NCBI RefSeq assembly: GCF_036365525.1
Contig: NC_090376.1
Location: 148,064,966-148,128,965, forward strand
Length of the DNA stretch: 64,000 nucleotides
Reading direction: 5' to 3'
Origin: Heterodontus francisci
Taxonomy: Eukaryota
Shown here: one piece after another, positions 36,337-48,435 of the stretch
Layout: each line of letters opens with the position of its first letter
Numbering within the stretch: position 1 is the stretch's first letter
Notes under the pieces: generated by a model
The model's database searches: none
The model's input: only the letters and a program-made list of their open reading frames with translations
Told to the model about the DNA's origin: nothing
Position numbers and translations under genes: made by a program

Positions 36337-36474
36337 ATTAAAAGCAAAATACTGCGGATGCTGGAAATCTGAAGTAAAAACTAGAAATGCTGGAAATATT
36401 CAGCAGGTCTGGCAGCATCTGTCGAGAGAGAAGCAGAGTTAACGTTTCAGGTCAGTGACCCTTCATCAGAACTG
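36337..36474 (-). mobile_element. Solitary Penelope pLTR
   Basis: Matches 43345-43479. Confidence 0.85.
36437..36473 (-). ncRNA. Minimal type I hammerhead ribozyme
   Basis: AGTT-CTGATGA-A-GGGTC-ACT-GACCT-GAAAC-GTT^AACT: complete core, palindromic stem III. Confidence 0.8.
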
Positions 36475-36475
36475 A

Positions 36476-36760
36476 AGTTCACCTTCTTGATGCAGTGGTG
36501 GGCTGCTGCCTGGGAGATCCCAAACATGTCCCTGGTGGATCTCTGGAAAGATCCAGATGTGTAGAAGCTTGGGGCCACGGTGATCTTCAGGGCCACTGGC
36601 ATGGGATGACCCCCAAATCCCATAGGTCGCAACTCGTCCTGCAGCAAGACGCATAAACCGGTGACAGCTTCCCTGGAGAGCCGTAGTCTTCATTCACAAC
36701 GGCGCTCGGACATTAGGAGGTAGCTAATCCTAGTTCAGTACACTCTCGTGTGAACATGGG
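36476..36760 (-). pseudogene. HARBI1-like transposase 5' portion
   Basis: GGHPMPVALKITVAPSFYTSGSFQ..DMFGISQAAAHHCIKKV (ORF 36447..36647). Confidence 0.8.
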
Positions 36761-37135
36761 CCCTTCTTGGCCTGGCAGGTTGCTCTTGCTCTCATCGTGG
36801 ACCTTCACAGACAGGTGCAGCTGTGTCTTGACCCTGCCTCCGTTGGAGGCGCCGCATCATGCCATGGGGCCGGAGGGGGGGTGGGGGAGTGGGGGGAGGT
36901 CCAAGAATACAAGAATGCAAGGCGACCTGAAGGCCTTCAGATGGCTGTTGATGCAGAAGCGACCCTGTGTTGGCAACTGAGTTTTTGACAGTTCCCTCAG
37001 CGGAGTCCCTGATGGACCTCAGAGCCCAAACTTGCTGATGGTCCACCCTCTGTTTCAGCAGTTTGACTGAACAACTAAGTCACATAGCTGTTTGTTAACC
37101 AAATGCAACCCCCCCCCCACAATGGTGCTGAAGCC

Positions 37136-37350
37136 TTGAAGAGCCCCCAAGAGCCCAAACCCCCTTGCAGAGCTCCTCAGACCCTGAATCCCCTTGCAAA
37201 CCACCCCAGAGCCTGAACCTCTTTGCAGAGCTCCTGAGACTCCGAACTCCATTGCAGAGCCTTCAAGACCCTGTGCCCCCTTGCAGAGACCCCGAGACCC
37301 GAACCCGCTTGCAGAGACCCTGAGACATCGAACCCCCTTGCAGAGCCCAC
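37136..37350 (+). repeat. 29-bp minisatellite, about 8 units
   Basis: TTGCA(GAG) core recurs at 37165, 37194, 37223, 37252, 37281, 37309 and 37338. Confidence 0.85.
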
Positions 37351-37733
37351 AGTAACACAGCCTGACAATGGCCTGCGAACCATTCCATCACCCCCCCCTT
37401 CCACTATTCAGCAATACTCAGGACTGCTTCACAATCGCGGCAATATGGTCTCTTGCCTCGCTGCGACCAGGTTTTAACAAGCGTAAACCCGAAAGCATCT
37501 GGGTGCCGTGCGCTGTTCGCCCAATTGAGGTCCTATCATAAGATTGCAATTAATTATATTTAAATACATTTAAAAGAGCTGCTCAGCAATTTAAAATAGC
37601 TCCCCATCATGACGGGGCGTCAAAATCCGGAACCGATGTCATGGCGCCAGATTTCCAAGTGAATGCTTCCAACGCAATTCTCCGTCCCCCACACCACCAT
37701 TTCCACTTCAAACAGCCGAGCAAAATTCTGCCC

Positions 37734-38625
37734 ACCATTTCCAATAAACCTGTGCTAGGTTCCTTCTTAAATCACTGAAATTAGCTTTTCCCCAGTGGAG
37801 AATTTTTACCTTCGATATTTTCTGGTCTCTTTCCTTGATTACTATAAACCAAATTGTGTTGTAGTCACTGGTAGTTAGATGATCTCCTACAGTAAAGCAC
37901 TCCACTTACTCTATTTAATTTCCCAGAATCAGGTCCAACACTGCTTCCTTCCTTATTGGAGACATATTGATCGAGAAAATTCTCCTGTGCACACATCGAA
38001 AATACCTTTCCTTCCCTGCCCTTTGCACAATGATTTTCCCAACCAAAATTAGAATAATTATGTCCCCTAACATTCTTATTCTATTATTGTCACACATTTT
38101 TAACATTTGCTGACAAATGTGAGCAGCTATCTCCTTCTCACTATTTGGAGCTCTATAAAGAACTTCCAATAGTGTTCCTCAACTCAAGCCAATTAGATTC
38201 AGCCTGGAACTATCTAGTATATCCTTGATATTTAGAACTTTAACATTATCCTTAATTCATGCAGAGGCACCCCGTCCTCTTTCTCCTTCTCTATCATTCT
38301 TGAATACTTGGTAACTGGGAATACTAAGAATCCATTCCTAGCTTTATTTAAGCCTTGTCTCTGCTAATGCAACCACATCATAATCCAGTGTAATAATTTG
38401 TTCCTGCAGCTCACTAACCTCAGTAGCTGCACTACAGACATTGTCATCCATATGATTTAATACCTCCTTTGTCACTTTTGCTATTTTCCTCAATCCAGTC
38501 CCTACAGTTTTTGGGATAATTCCACTTTTACTGCTGTTTATATCTCTCTATCCTCTGATCTAATTTCCACTCCTTCCTATTGTTTCCTGGTTTCCTCCAC
38601 CTGTCAAATTAGCTTAAAGCCTCCC
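37734..38625 (-). mobile_element. CR1 endonuclease-region fragment
   Basis: LYRAPNS..EAVLDLILGN; GDHLTTSDYNTIWF (ORFs 37915..38169 and 37708..37905). Confidence 0.8.
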
Positions 38626-38647
38626 CAACAGTAATAATTAACCTGCT

Positions 38648-38922
38648 GTTAAACTGAAGTCCCTTCTGACCTCTCAGGTGGTTGTAAAAGATAACATGAC
38701 CCTATTTTGTTGAAGAGTTGGAGAGTTATCCCCAGTATCCTTCAATCGACATGACAAAACATAGATTATCTGCTCATTTTCACATTGCTGTTTGTGGGAC
38801 CTTGCTGTGTACAAATTGGCATTTGCTACATTCCAACAGCAACTACACTTCAAAAGTTCTTCATTGGCTGTTACGCACTTTGGGATGTCCTGATGATGTA
38901 AAAGATACTATATAATTGCAAT
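38648..38922 (+). mobile_element. DeuSINE 3' half
   Basis: GTTAAACTGAAGTCCC..CTCTCAGGTGG..GTAAAAGAT; similar to 27280-27580. Confidence 0.65.
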
Positions 38923-38959
38923 CCTTCCTTCCTTCCTTTCTTCCTTCCTTCCTTCCTTC
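38922..38959 (+). repeat. (TTCC)n microsatellite
   Basis: Visible directly in the sequence. Confidence 0.9.
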
Positions 38960-39060
38960 TAACTCTATTTCTCACTCCACAGGTGCTGCCTGACCTGCTG
39001 TGTATTTCCAGCAATTTCTGTTTTTATTTCAGATTTCCAGCATCTGCAGTATTTTACTTT
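38960..39060 (+). mobile_element. Penelope pLTR 3' fragment
   Basis: AACTCTATTTCTC...GACCTGCTG...TTCCAGCATCTGCAGTATTTT, the reverse complement of 43345-43445. Confidence 0.8.
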
Positions 39061-39337
39061 AATTTTAGCATGTGCACTGGCTTGGGAAATTCCAGTGCTC
39101 CTGTGTTTTCCTCTTACACTGTCCGGTGGTCACTGATTTTCACATCTCCTTCACCTTCTGTGGCAGTGTGATGACTACCTCCTGGAATGTACATTTGAGG
39201 AAACTCTTAGACTCCAGCCAATCTTCAAGCAACTGCCAAAACCTCCCACACACATGAAGTGTCCTGGAGTTCCCACATAGAGCAAGATACACATGCAATA
39301 GGTCCCCACTGGCCTGCCATGGTAGTCAATTTACAAA

Positions 39338-40310
39338 TGTTACAGTCAAGTAAGGAGGGGTCAGAAAAAGAGTCTTTTCCCTTTCCTTGTTTGACCACAA
39401 CAGGTTTAATTCTTTCTTAAAGTGGATGCACTAGCCTATTCAATAGGCGTTTGATTACTTACTTGCTACGATCATGACAAGAACCAATTGGACAGGTTTT
39501 CTTTAGTTTAACAAAGAAAAAAGTTAACTTTATTGTACCTAAACCAAACTAATGAAAATAATAAATTATGCGCCAACTTTCACTTACATACACACACTAG
39601 AGGTTCACACACAAACAAACAAATAGTTTACAGAGTGGGAAAAGATAGATTGGTTGAGTTAGAATCCAGAGAAAATGGGGTATACACTCTGTGGGGTTTG
39701 GTGATTCGGCTGGCTTCTGACTGAATTCGGTGGTCCTGAGGCTTTTAGTTTGAAGAGGTAAGATGACTGGTTCAGAGGGTCTCTTGGAGATAGCAATGCA
39801 GATGATTTCCTCCAATGGGGTTACTGATTATAGCCAGAGTATGCAAAAGTGGTCAGTCAACAGGCAGGGTTTGAAGCATGCAAGCTGGAATGGAGAGAGG
39901 GAGAGAGAGGGATCCCCACTTGGGTCTGCACATGTCAGAGTCCTGATGCTTCACCTTGCTACTGCAGAGAAACACCCGCTTAAAACCAAAGATGGTGGGG
40001 ATGTCTTCTCACATGACACTCACTGATTCTTGCATAGTAATTAGCAGTATTTTTTCTTGCTAAAAGAGAAAGAACAAGCAGTTCCCTTAAACTTCCTGGG
40101 TCTTAGTTCTTGCTGTGATGAGCAGACATTTTGTCTCCCTCCTCACAGGCTTTACAATGTAGGATACAGTGTTGCAAATTAGGTGGCCATCTTAAGCTGG
40201 CATCTTTTATCTGTTCTTTTCTAAATTTCTTTTAAAAAATATATATAAATTCGGATCTCCAGTCACTGGATTAAAGAAAATTATCATTCAACAAAGCAAG
40301 TTGTGTGACA
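39338..40310. mobile_element. Solo LTR (Gypsy-type), 973 bp
   Basis: TGTTACA...TGTGACA termini; 4-bp flanks CAAA/CAAG; no coding content. Confidence 0.65.
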
Positions 40311-40717
40311 CAAGCCATTAAATCATTGAGGCCCTGTCAACTATAATACATGAGAATGAACTTTAAAATTTTCAAGGCACCTACATCTAAGACATTGAAA
40401 TACTAACCTATAAAACTTGAAGAAACTAACCGCTGAAAGACTGAGATACAAAATTAGTAAAATATTAACTAAAAGAAGTGGAAATGATATCTATAACTCT
40501 AGAACACAATGAAAACTATAAAGTGAATTTCAACAATGAATAAACAAACAATTTAATAGAGCAAACTAAAAAAAAGGGCAGTGAGTTGAACTAAGAAATG
40601 CAGTGAATGGTCAAAAAAAATTAAGTCTAAGTCTGAGTAAGTCTGAAGTTTTCATTACTGGTAAGTATAGATAGTAACCTAATAAATAGGTTATTAGGGA
40701 CACCTCAGTCCCACTGA

Positions 40718-41600
40718 ATGCACATCTTCCATCATGTGAGAAATCCAGGACACTTCTCATGTCTAGGACATAAAAAGTGTTATCAGCTGGAGGAGCTTGA
40801 GGTCTGGATTTCAAAGTTGAGCAGCAGCTGGTGCCACTGCAGTGCATCCTCGATACAGGGAGCTACTTGGATATTTCAAGAGTTGGTCACCCCACAGCTT
40901 AATAGTATACAGGCAGAGGGAGAATGGGTGTCTGCCAGACAGACAAGAAGAGCCAGACAGGTATTGCAGGAGTCCCCTGACTGCATCTCGCACTCTAGCA
41001 ATGATTCCTCTGGGGAACAGAGCCAAGCTCACAGCATCGTGGGTGGCTCAGCTGTTCAGGCGGGGGGGAGGAGGCAGTTCAGGAAAGCGAGAGTGCTGCG
41101 GAATTTAATAGTTAGGGGAACAGACAGGTGTTCCTGCAGCCATGGATATAACTCCAGAATGGTATGTTGCCTCCCTGGTGTCAGGGTCAAGGATGTCACT
41201 GAGAATCTGAGAACATTCTGAGGAAGCAGGGTGAACAGCTAGAAGTCGTGGTTCTTATCAGTACCAATGACATAGGTGGAATTAGAAATGAGGTCCTACA
41301 GGCAGATTTTAGGGAGCTAGGAAAGAAATTAAAAAATAGGACCTCAAAGATAGTTATCTCCAGATTACTCCCACTGCCACTCACTAGTGAGTACAGAATT
41401 AGGAAGATAGTGCAGATGGATGTGTGGTGGGAGAAATGGTGCAGTAGGGAGGATGTAAGATCACGGGGATATTTGGACTGGTTCTGGGTGAGGTGGGACC
41501 AGTCAAAGCCAGACAGGTTACACCTCAACAGGGCTGGGATCAATACAATGGTGGGGAGGTTTGTTCCTGCAGTTGGGTTTAAACTATCTTGGCAGGAGGA
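40718..41600 (+). pseudogene. CR1 ORF1 with SGNH/GDSL esterase-like domain
   Basis: RMVCCLPGVRVKDV, VVLISTNDIG, DRLHLNRAG (ORFs 40718..41221 and 41248..41748). Confidence 0.8.
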
Positions 41601-43338
41601 AGGAAACCTAGGCATAAATTCAGAAGGGGCAGAAGAAAATCTAGAAATGGAAGGCAGAAAATTAGTAAGCGAGTTTGCAAGGCAGAGAATACAAAGGCTA
41701 GATAATAGATTTCAAAGGCGTTGTTCAGTGATTAATGCAAGGAGTTGAGTGAATCAGGCAGATGAGTGAAAGGCACAGATAGACACTTGGAAGTACGATA
41801 TCATAACTATTACTGAAACGTGGTTTTTGGGAGTGCAGGAATGGCAGCTCAACATTCCTCGGTACACAGTTTTCAGAAGGGATAGAGAGGAGGAAAGAAA
41901 GGGGGGGAGGTGAGTTTCGCAATATTGGTTAAAAAAAACAATTGCAGCTGTGAGGAGGGCTGATGTGCTAGAAGGATCATCAAATGAGGCCATATGGGTT
42001 GAACTGAGGAACAAAACATAATCATTATCACACTGCTGGGAGTATACTATAGAGCTCCAAACAGTCAGAGGAAGATCGAACAGCAAATATGTAGATAAAT
42101 TGCTGAGAAGTAACAAAACAGTAGGGCAGTAATAGTAGGAGATTTCAACTACCCTAATATTAACTTGGATAAAAACAATATAAAAGGTATAGAGGGTGCA
42201 AAAGTTTTAATGGATTCAGGAAAACTGTTTTAGCCAGTAAGTAGCAAGCCCCACAAGCGATGGGGCAGTTCTGGACTTAGTGTTAGGTAAAGAACCTGGA
42301 AGGGGGTATCAGTGGGAGAGAATGTTGGTGTTAATCATCATAATTCAGTTAGATTTAGCATAGCAATGGAAAAGGATGAAGAGAGAATAAGAGTAAAGTT
42401 TGGGAAAGGCCAATTTTACTATGCTGGGATGGCAAAAGTGAACTGGAAACAACTGAAATGAGAACAGAAAGTGCCAGAAATACTCAGCAGGTCTGGCAGC
42501 ATCTGCAGAGAGAGAAACAGAGTTAACATGGTTAAAAATAAAAATAAAAATAAATAATTAAAGAAGAATTATATATAAAAATTAATAAATAAAATAAAAA
42601 TAAATAAATAAACAAAAATAATGGGGCTCGGGGTTTGAAATTATTGAATTCAATGTTGAGCCCAGAAGGATGTAGAGTGCCAAATTGGAAGATGAGGTGC
42701 TGTTCCTCGAGCTTGCATTGCTGTTCACTGGAACATTGCAGCAGGCCAAGGACAGAAATGTGGGCATGGAAACAAGGTGGGGAATTAAAATGGCAAGCAA
42801 CTGGAAGCTCGGGATCATGCTTACGGACCGGGCGGAGGTGTTCTGCAAAGCAGTCACCCATCTGCGTTTGATCTCCCCAGCGTAGAGGAGACCACATTGT
42901 GAGCAGCGAATATAGTATAATAATTGAAAGAAGTACAAGTAAATCGCTGCTTTACCTGGAAGGAGTGTTTGGGGCCTTGGATGATAAGGAGAGAGGGGGT
43001 AAAAGGGCAGGTATTACACCTCCTGCAATTGCATGGGAAGGTGCCGTGGGAAAGGGAAGAGGTGGTGGAAGTAATGGAGGAGTGGACCAGGGTGTCGTGG
43101 AGGTAATGGTCCCTTCAGAGTGTTGACAGGGGAGGGGATGGAAAGATGTGTTTGGTGGTGGCATCACGCTGGAGGTGGCAGAAGTGGCGGAGGATGATCC
43201 TTTGGATGTGGAGGCTGGTGGGGTGGAAAGTGGGGACAAGGGGAAGGCTAAGGACAGAAGTGCGGGAAATGGGTCGGACATGGTTGAGGGCCCTGTCAAC
43301 CTTAGTGCGGTTGAGGAAAAAGGAAGACATATGAAAGG

Positions 43339-44074
43339 TAAAATAAAAGCAAAATACTGCAGATGCTGGAAATCTGAAATAAAAACAAAAAGTGCTGGCA
43401 ATACTCAGCACGTCTGGCAGCATCTGTGGATAGAGAAACAGAGTTAACGTTTCAGGTCAGTGACCTTTCATCAGAACTGGCAAAGGTTAGAAATGTAATA
43501 GGTTTTAAGCAAATAAAGCAGGGGTGGGGCAAAAGATAACACAAGGGAAGGTGTTGATAGGACAGAGGGTCACAGAGAATAACTAACCAGAAGGTCATGG
43601 AGCAAAGGCAAAGGGTGTGTTAATGGTGTGGTGAAAGACAAAGCGTTAGTGGAAAGAGGGGGTTAAATGATGGAATAATGGACAGCCCTGGCTAAATGAA
43701 CAAACATGAAAAAGAAACAGTGGGCAGGCACATGGTAAAAAACTGAACGATGAAACAAACTAAAATAAAATAAAAATAAAAAATACAACTAAAAATAAAA
43801 AAGGGAGGCCAGTCATGCTCTGAAATTATTGAACTCAATGTTCAGTCCGGTAGGCTGTAGAGTTCCTCATCGGTAAATGAGATGCTGTTCCTCGAGCTTG
43901 CGTTGATGTTCACTGGAACACTACAGCAAGCCCAGGACAGAGATGTGGGCATGAGAACAGGTGGGTGTATTGAATTGGCAAGCGACAGGAAGCTTGGCAC
44001 CATGTTTTCAAACTGAGCGAAGGTGTTCCGCAAAGCGGTCACCCAATCTGCGTTTGGTCTCCCCAGTGCAGAGG
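43339..44074 (-). mobile_element. Second Penelope 3' fragment nested in the first
   Basis: Imperfect 14-bp direct repeats AGACATATGAAAGG (43325) / AGATATATGAGAGG (44075); GETKRRLGDRFAEHLRSV. Confidence 0.75.
43442..43478 (-). ncRNA. Minimal type I hammerhead ribozyme
   Basis: AGTT-CTGATGA-A-AGGTC-ACT-GACCT-GAAAC-GTT^AACT. Confidence 0.8.
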
Positions 44075-46880
44075 AGATATATGAGAGGCATTGTTGTGGA
44101 AGGTTGCACCATCAGAACAGATGCGTCGGAGACAGAGAAACTGGGAAAATGGAATAGAATCCTTTCAGGAGGCTGGGTGTGAGGAAGAGTAGTCAAGGTA
44201 ACTGTGGGAGTCAGTGGGCTTATAACAAGTGCTAGTGGACAGCCTGTCCCCAGAGATGGAGACAGAGCAGTCGAGAAAGGGAAGGGAAGTGTCAAAGATG
44301 GACCATGAGAAGGTGAGAGAAGGGTGAAAATTAGAAGCAAAGTTGATAAAGCTTTCCAGTTCGGGGCGAGAGCAGGAAGAAGCACCGATACAATCATCAA
44401 TGTACCGGAAAAAGAGTTGGGGAAGGGGACCTGAGTAGGACTGGAACAAGGAATGTTTGACATATCCCACAAAAAGACAGACATAGTTAGGACCCATGTG
44501 GGTACTCATAGCAACACCTTTTATTTGGAGGAAGTGAGTGGAGTTGAAGGAAAAGTTGTTCAATGTTCAGCCAGGCGGAGGATGGTGGTGGAGGATGGGG
44601 ACTGGTTGGGCCTCTGTTCAAGGAAGAAGTGGAGAGCCTTCAGACAATCTTGGTGGGGGATGGAGGTGTAGAGAGGTTGGACGTCCATAGTGAAGAGAGA
44701 TGATTAAGGCCAGGAAACTAGAAACTGTTGAACTGGCGTAGGGCATCAAGAGTCATGGAGTAAGAGAGAAGAGACTGGACAAGGGGAGAAAAAAATGGAA
44801 TCAAGATAGGAGGAAATAAGTTCAGTGGGGCAAGAATAGGCTGAAACGATGGGTCTGCTGGGACAGTCCTGTTTGTGGATTTTAGGCAGGAGATAGAGCA
44901 GGCTGTTTGGGGTTGCAGGAGAATGAGGTTGGAAGCTGTTGAGGGAAGATCTCCAGAGGAGATAAGGTCGGTCCTCGGCCTGCTGCAGTGTTCCAGTGAA
45001 CATCAATGCAAACTCGACACTCTACAGCCTTCTGCACTTAATATTGTGTTCAATAATTTCAGACCATTATTTTTTCTTTCTTTATTATTTTTATTTTGCT
45101 TTAATTTTATGTATTTATTTTTTATATATATTCTTCTATAATTATTTATTTTTTTAACTGTGTGCTGGTCTTAAACTTATTTTTCATGTTTTTGCTTTCG
45201 AACACACCTGTTCATTATTCTGCCATTAGTACTCTCTCTCGACACATGCTTTGTCTTTCACTACGACTATTTAATGCTCCATTTGCATTCTGTTCTGTGA
45301 CACCTGCCATTTAATCTCTCTCCCCTCCATCCTATCACATTCCTTCTTCTTTTTCTTCTTCCCCCTCCCCCCTTTCACTTGCAGATCTGAAACGTTAACT
45401 CTCTTTCTCTCTCCACAGATGTTACAAGACCTGCTGAGTATTTCCGGCACTTTCTGTTCTCATTTCAGAGTTGCAGCATCAGCAGTATTTAACTGGAAAC
45501 AGATACTTGACGGCAAATCAGTGTCAGAGCAATGGGAGGCATTCAAGAAGGAGATAAAGACCATTTAGAATAAATATATTACTACAAAGAAAAAGGGTGA
45601 GATTTGCAAATCTAGACCCCGCTGGATGTAAAAGAGCAGAGAGTAGGATAAAGCAAAAAAGGGAAGCCTGCCTCAGATGTTGAGAGCTCAATACTGCAGA
45701 AAACCAAGATGAGTATAGAAAGTGCAGGGATGAAATTAAAAAGAAAATTAGGAAAGCAAAGAGAGGGCATGAAAAAATATTGGCAAGGAAAATCAAGGAA
45801 AACCCAAAGATATTTTATAAATCATAAAGACGAAGGAGATAAATATGAAAATAATAGGGCCACTCAAAGACTAAAAGAAAGGTAACTTAAGTATGGAGGC
45901 AGAAAATGTGGGCTTAGTTCTTAGAGAATACTTTGCATCTGTCCTTCAAAAGAGGGGGTCGATGCAAACATTGTAGTTAGGGAGAGCTGTGTGAAATATT
46001 GGATGGAATGAACATAGTGAGGGAAAAATATTAAGATGTTTAGCATGCTTGAAAGTGGATAAATCACCAGGCCCAGATCAAATGTGCCCCAGGCTGCAAT
46101 AAGAAGCAGGGAAAGAAACAGCAGAGGTACTGACTATAATCTTCCAATCAGATCTGGCTATAAGCATAGAGGACTGGAGGACTGCTAGCATTGTACTGTT
46201 GTTTTAAAAAGCAGCAAGGGATAGCCTGAATAATTACAGGCCAATCTGCCTAACTTCAGTGGTAGGCAAATTATTAGAAAAAATTCTGAGGCACAATATA
46301 CATCGTCATTTAGAAAGGCTTAGATTAATCAAGGACAGTCAGCATGGATTTAAGGGAAGGTCGTGTTTGACTAACTTGAATTTTTGAGGAGGTAAGATGT
46401 GGGGGTGGTGGGGTCAATGAGTGTAGTGCATCTGATGTAGTGCATACAGATCTTAGCATAGCTTTTGACAAGGTCCCACATGGCAGACTGGTCAGAAAAG
46501 TAAAAGCTCATGGATCCAAGCAAAAGTGGCAAGTTGGACCCAATATGAGTTCAGTGGCAGGAAGCAAAGGGTAATGGTCGACTGGTGTTTTTGTGGCTGG
46601 AAGGCTGTTTCCAGTGGGATTCTGCAGGGCTCAGTACCGGGTCCCTCGCTTTTCGTGACGTATATCAATGATTTAGATATAAATGATTAAAAAGTTTGCA
46701 GATGATATGAAAATTGGCTGTGTTTTTGATAGTGAGCAATAAACCTGTAGACTGCAGGAAGATATCAACGGACTAGTCAGGTGAGCAGAAAAATGTTAAA
46801 TGGAATTCAATCTATAGAAGTGATACATAATGTATTTAAGCTGGGCAAACAAGGCAAGGGAGCACATAAATAAATAAATA

Positions 46881-47290
46881 CGTTTCTTTGGAGCAGGGAA
46901 GGCTAAGGGGGGACATGATTGACGTGTACAAGATTATGAGCGGCATTGATAGGTTAGATAGGAAGAAACTTTTTCCCTTAGCGGAGGTGTCAAGAACCAG
47001 AGAGGGGGCATAGATTTAGGGTAAGGGGTAGGAGGTTTAGAGGGGATTTGAGGAAATTCTTTTTCACCCAGCGGGTGGTTGGAATCTGGAATGCACTGCC
47101 TGAAGAGGTGGTGGAGGCAGGAACCCTCACAACATTTGAGAAGTATTTAGATGAGCACTTGAAACGCCATAGCATACAAGGCTATGGGCCAAGTGCAGGA
47201 ATATGGGATTAGAATGGGTGCTGGATGGCCGGCACAGACATGATGGGCCGAAGAGCCTGTTTCTGTGCTGTATAACTCTATGACTCTATA
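46881..47290 (+). mobile_element. Younger CR1 3' fragment nested in the long CR1
   Basis: RLRGDMIDVYKIM, FFTQRVVGIWNALP; tail AACTCTATGACTCTAT. Confidence 0.85.
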
Positions 47291-48435
47291 ATAATTCATA
47301 GAATTCTGAGAAGTGTTGAGGAACAGAGGGACCTTGGAGTCCATGTCCACAGACTTCTGAAGGTAGCAGGACAGGTAGAAAAGGTGGTTTAAAAGGCATA
47401 TGGGAAACTTTCCTTTGTTGGCTGAGGAGTAGAATTTAAGAGCAGGGAAGTTATGTTAGAACTGTATAAAACACTAGTTAAGCCACAGCACAGTCCTGCA
47501 TACATTCTGGCCACCGCATTACAGGAAGGATGTGATCGCACCATGGAGGGTACAGAGAAGATTTACAAAGATGTTACCAGGAATGGAGAATTTTAGCTAT
47601 GAGGAAAGATTGGATAAGTTGCGATTGTTTTCTTTGAAACAAAGGCGGCTGCGGGGAGATTTAATTGAGATGTATAAAATTATGAGGGTCTGAATAGAGT
47701 GGATAGGAAGGACATATTTTCCTTCGCAGAGAGGTCAATAACTTGGGGGCATAGATTTAAAGTAATTGGTAGAAGGATGAAAGGGTAGCTGAGGAGTATT
47801 TTTTCACCCTGAAGGGGCACTCGAACTCACTGCCTAAAAGGGTGGGAGAGGCAGAAACTCTCACTGCATTTAACAACTACTTGGCTATGCACTTGAAGTG
47901 CTGTAACCTGTAGGGCTAGAGACCAAGAGCTGGAAAGTGGGATTAGGCTGTATGGCTCATTTTCAGACAGCACATGATGGGCTGAATGGCCTCCTTCTGT
48001 GCCATAAATTTTCTCTTTCTATATTAATACTTACCTGTTATCCACCAATTCAGTCTTTAGCCAGCAGTGACATCATTTTTGAATTTCTTTCTGTTTTCCA
48101 CATTCAGCTCATGTACACATTCTCACACCGCTTCCCTTCAGGTTCACTCTCTCTGCTCTCACAGGGTCTCTCGTGTGAAGGGCTGCACTGCAAATGTCCC
48201 CGTAACTGCCATTCATTCCCAGGCTATATGCATTCTGGAGCATCTCACATGTACACGCAATGGATAACTTCATATGTTCCATAACATTTTGGAATGTTTC
48301 CAGACAAATACTTCAAAGACTGCAACAGCTACTCATAATGTGAAAGTATGCTTCTTTTAAAAGCTGTGTCTAGATATCTGGACCTTTAGCCTCAGCAACA
48401 GAAAGGTGGCCTTGCCCACCAGACTGGTGTTTCTT

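Larger units (their letters stand above)
33145..37733. mobile_element. Harbinger transposon with both TIRs (Myb/SANT gene plus, HARBI1 minus)
   Basis: TIRs GGGCTGAATTT / AAATTCTGCCC; flanks ACA/ACC; CR1 host sequence on both sides. Confidence 0.85.
42452..45490. mobile_element. Compound Penelope-like insertion with outward-facing pLTRs
   Basis: 11-bp TSD AACTGGAAACA (42441-42451, 45491-45501); minus-strand RT ([38 protein letters not shown]) and GIY-YIG (YAGEIKRR); strand switch near 44969. Confidence 0.9.
40560..48010 (+). mobile_element. Near full-length decayed CR1 LINE (ORF1 + ORF2) with nested inserts
   Basis: ORF1 Cys-rich start and SGNH esterase motifs; ORF2 EN (INARS, ITETW, VGDFNYP); RT (DKSPGPD, NYRPICLTSVVGK, KFADD); 3' tail GATGGGCTGAATGGCCTCCTTCTGTGC. 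Confidence 0.85.

Noticed and set aside
37136-37350. Regularly spaced repeats resembling a CRISPR array
   Set aside because: Degenerate head-to-tail units with no unique spacers, no cas genes, vertebrate context.
45387-45402. CTGAAACGTTAACTC hammerhead half
   Set aside because: CTGATGA and most of stem II are deleted; cannot fold alone.
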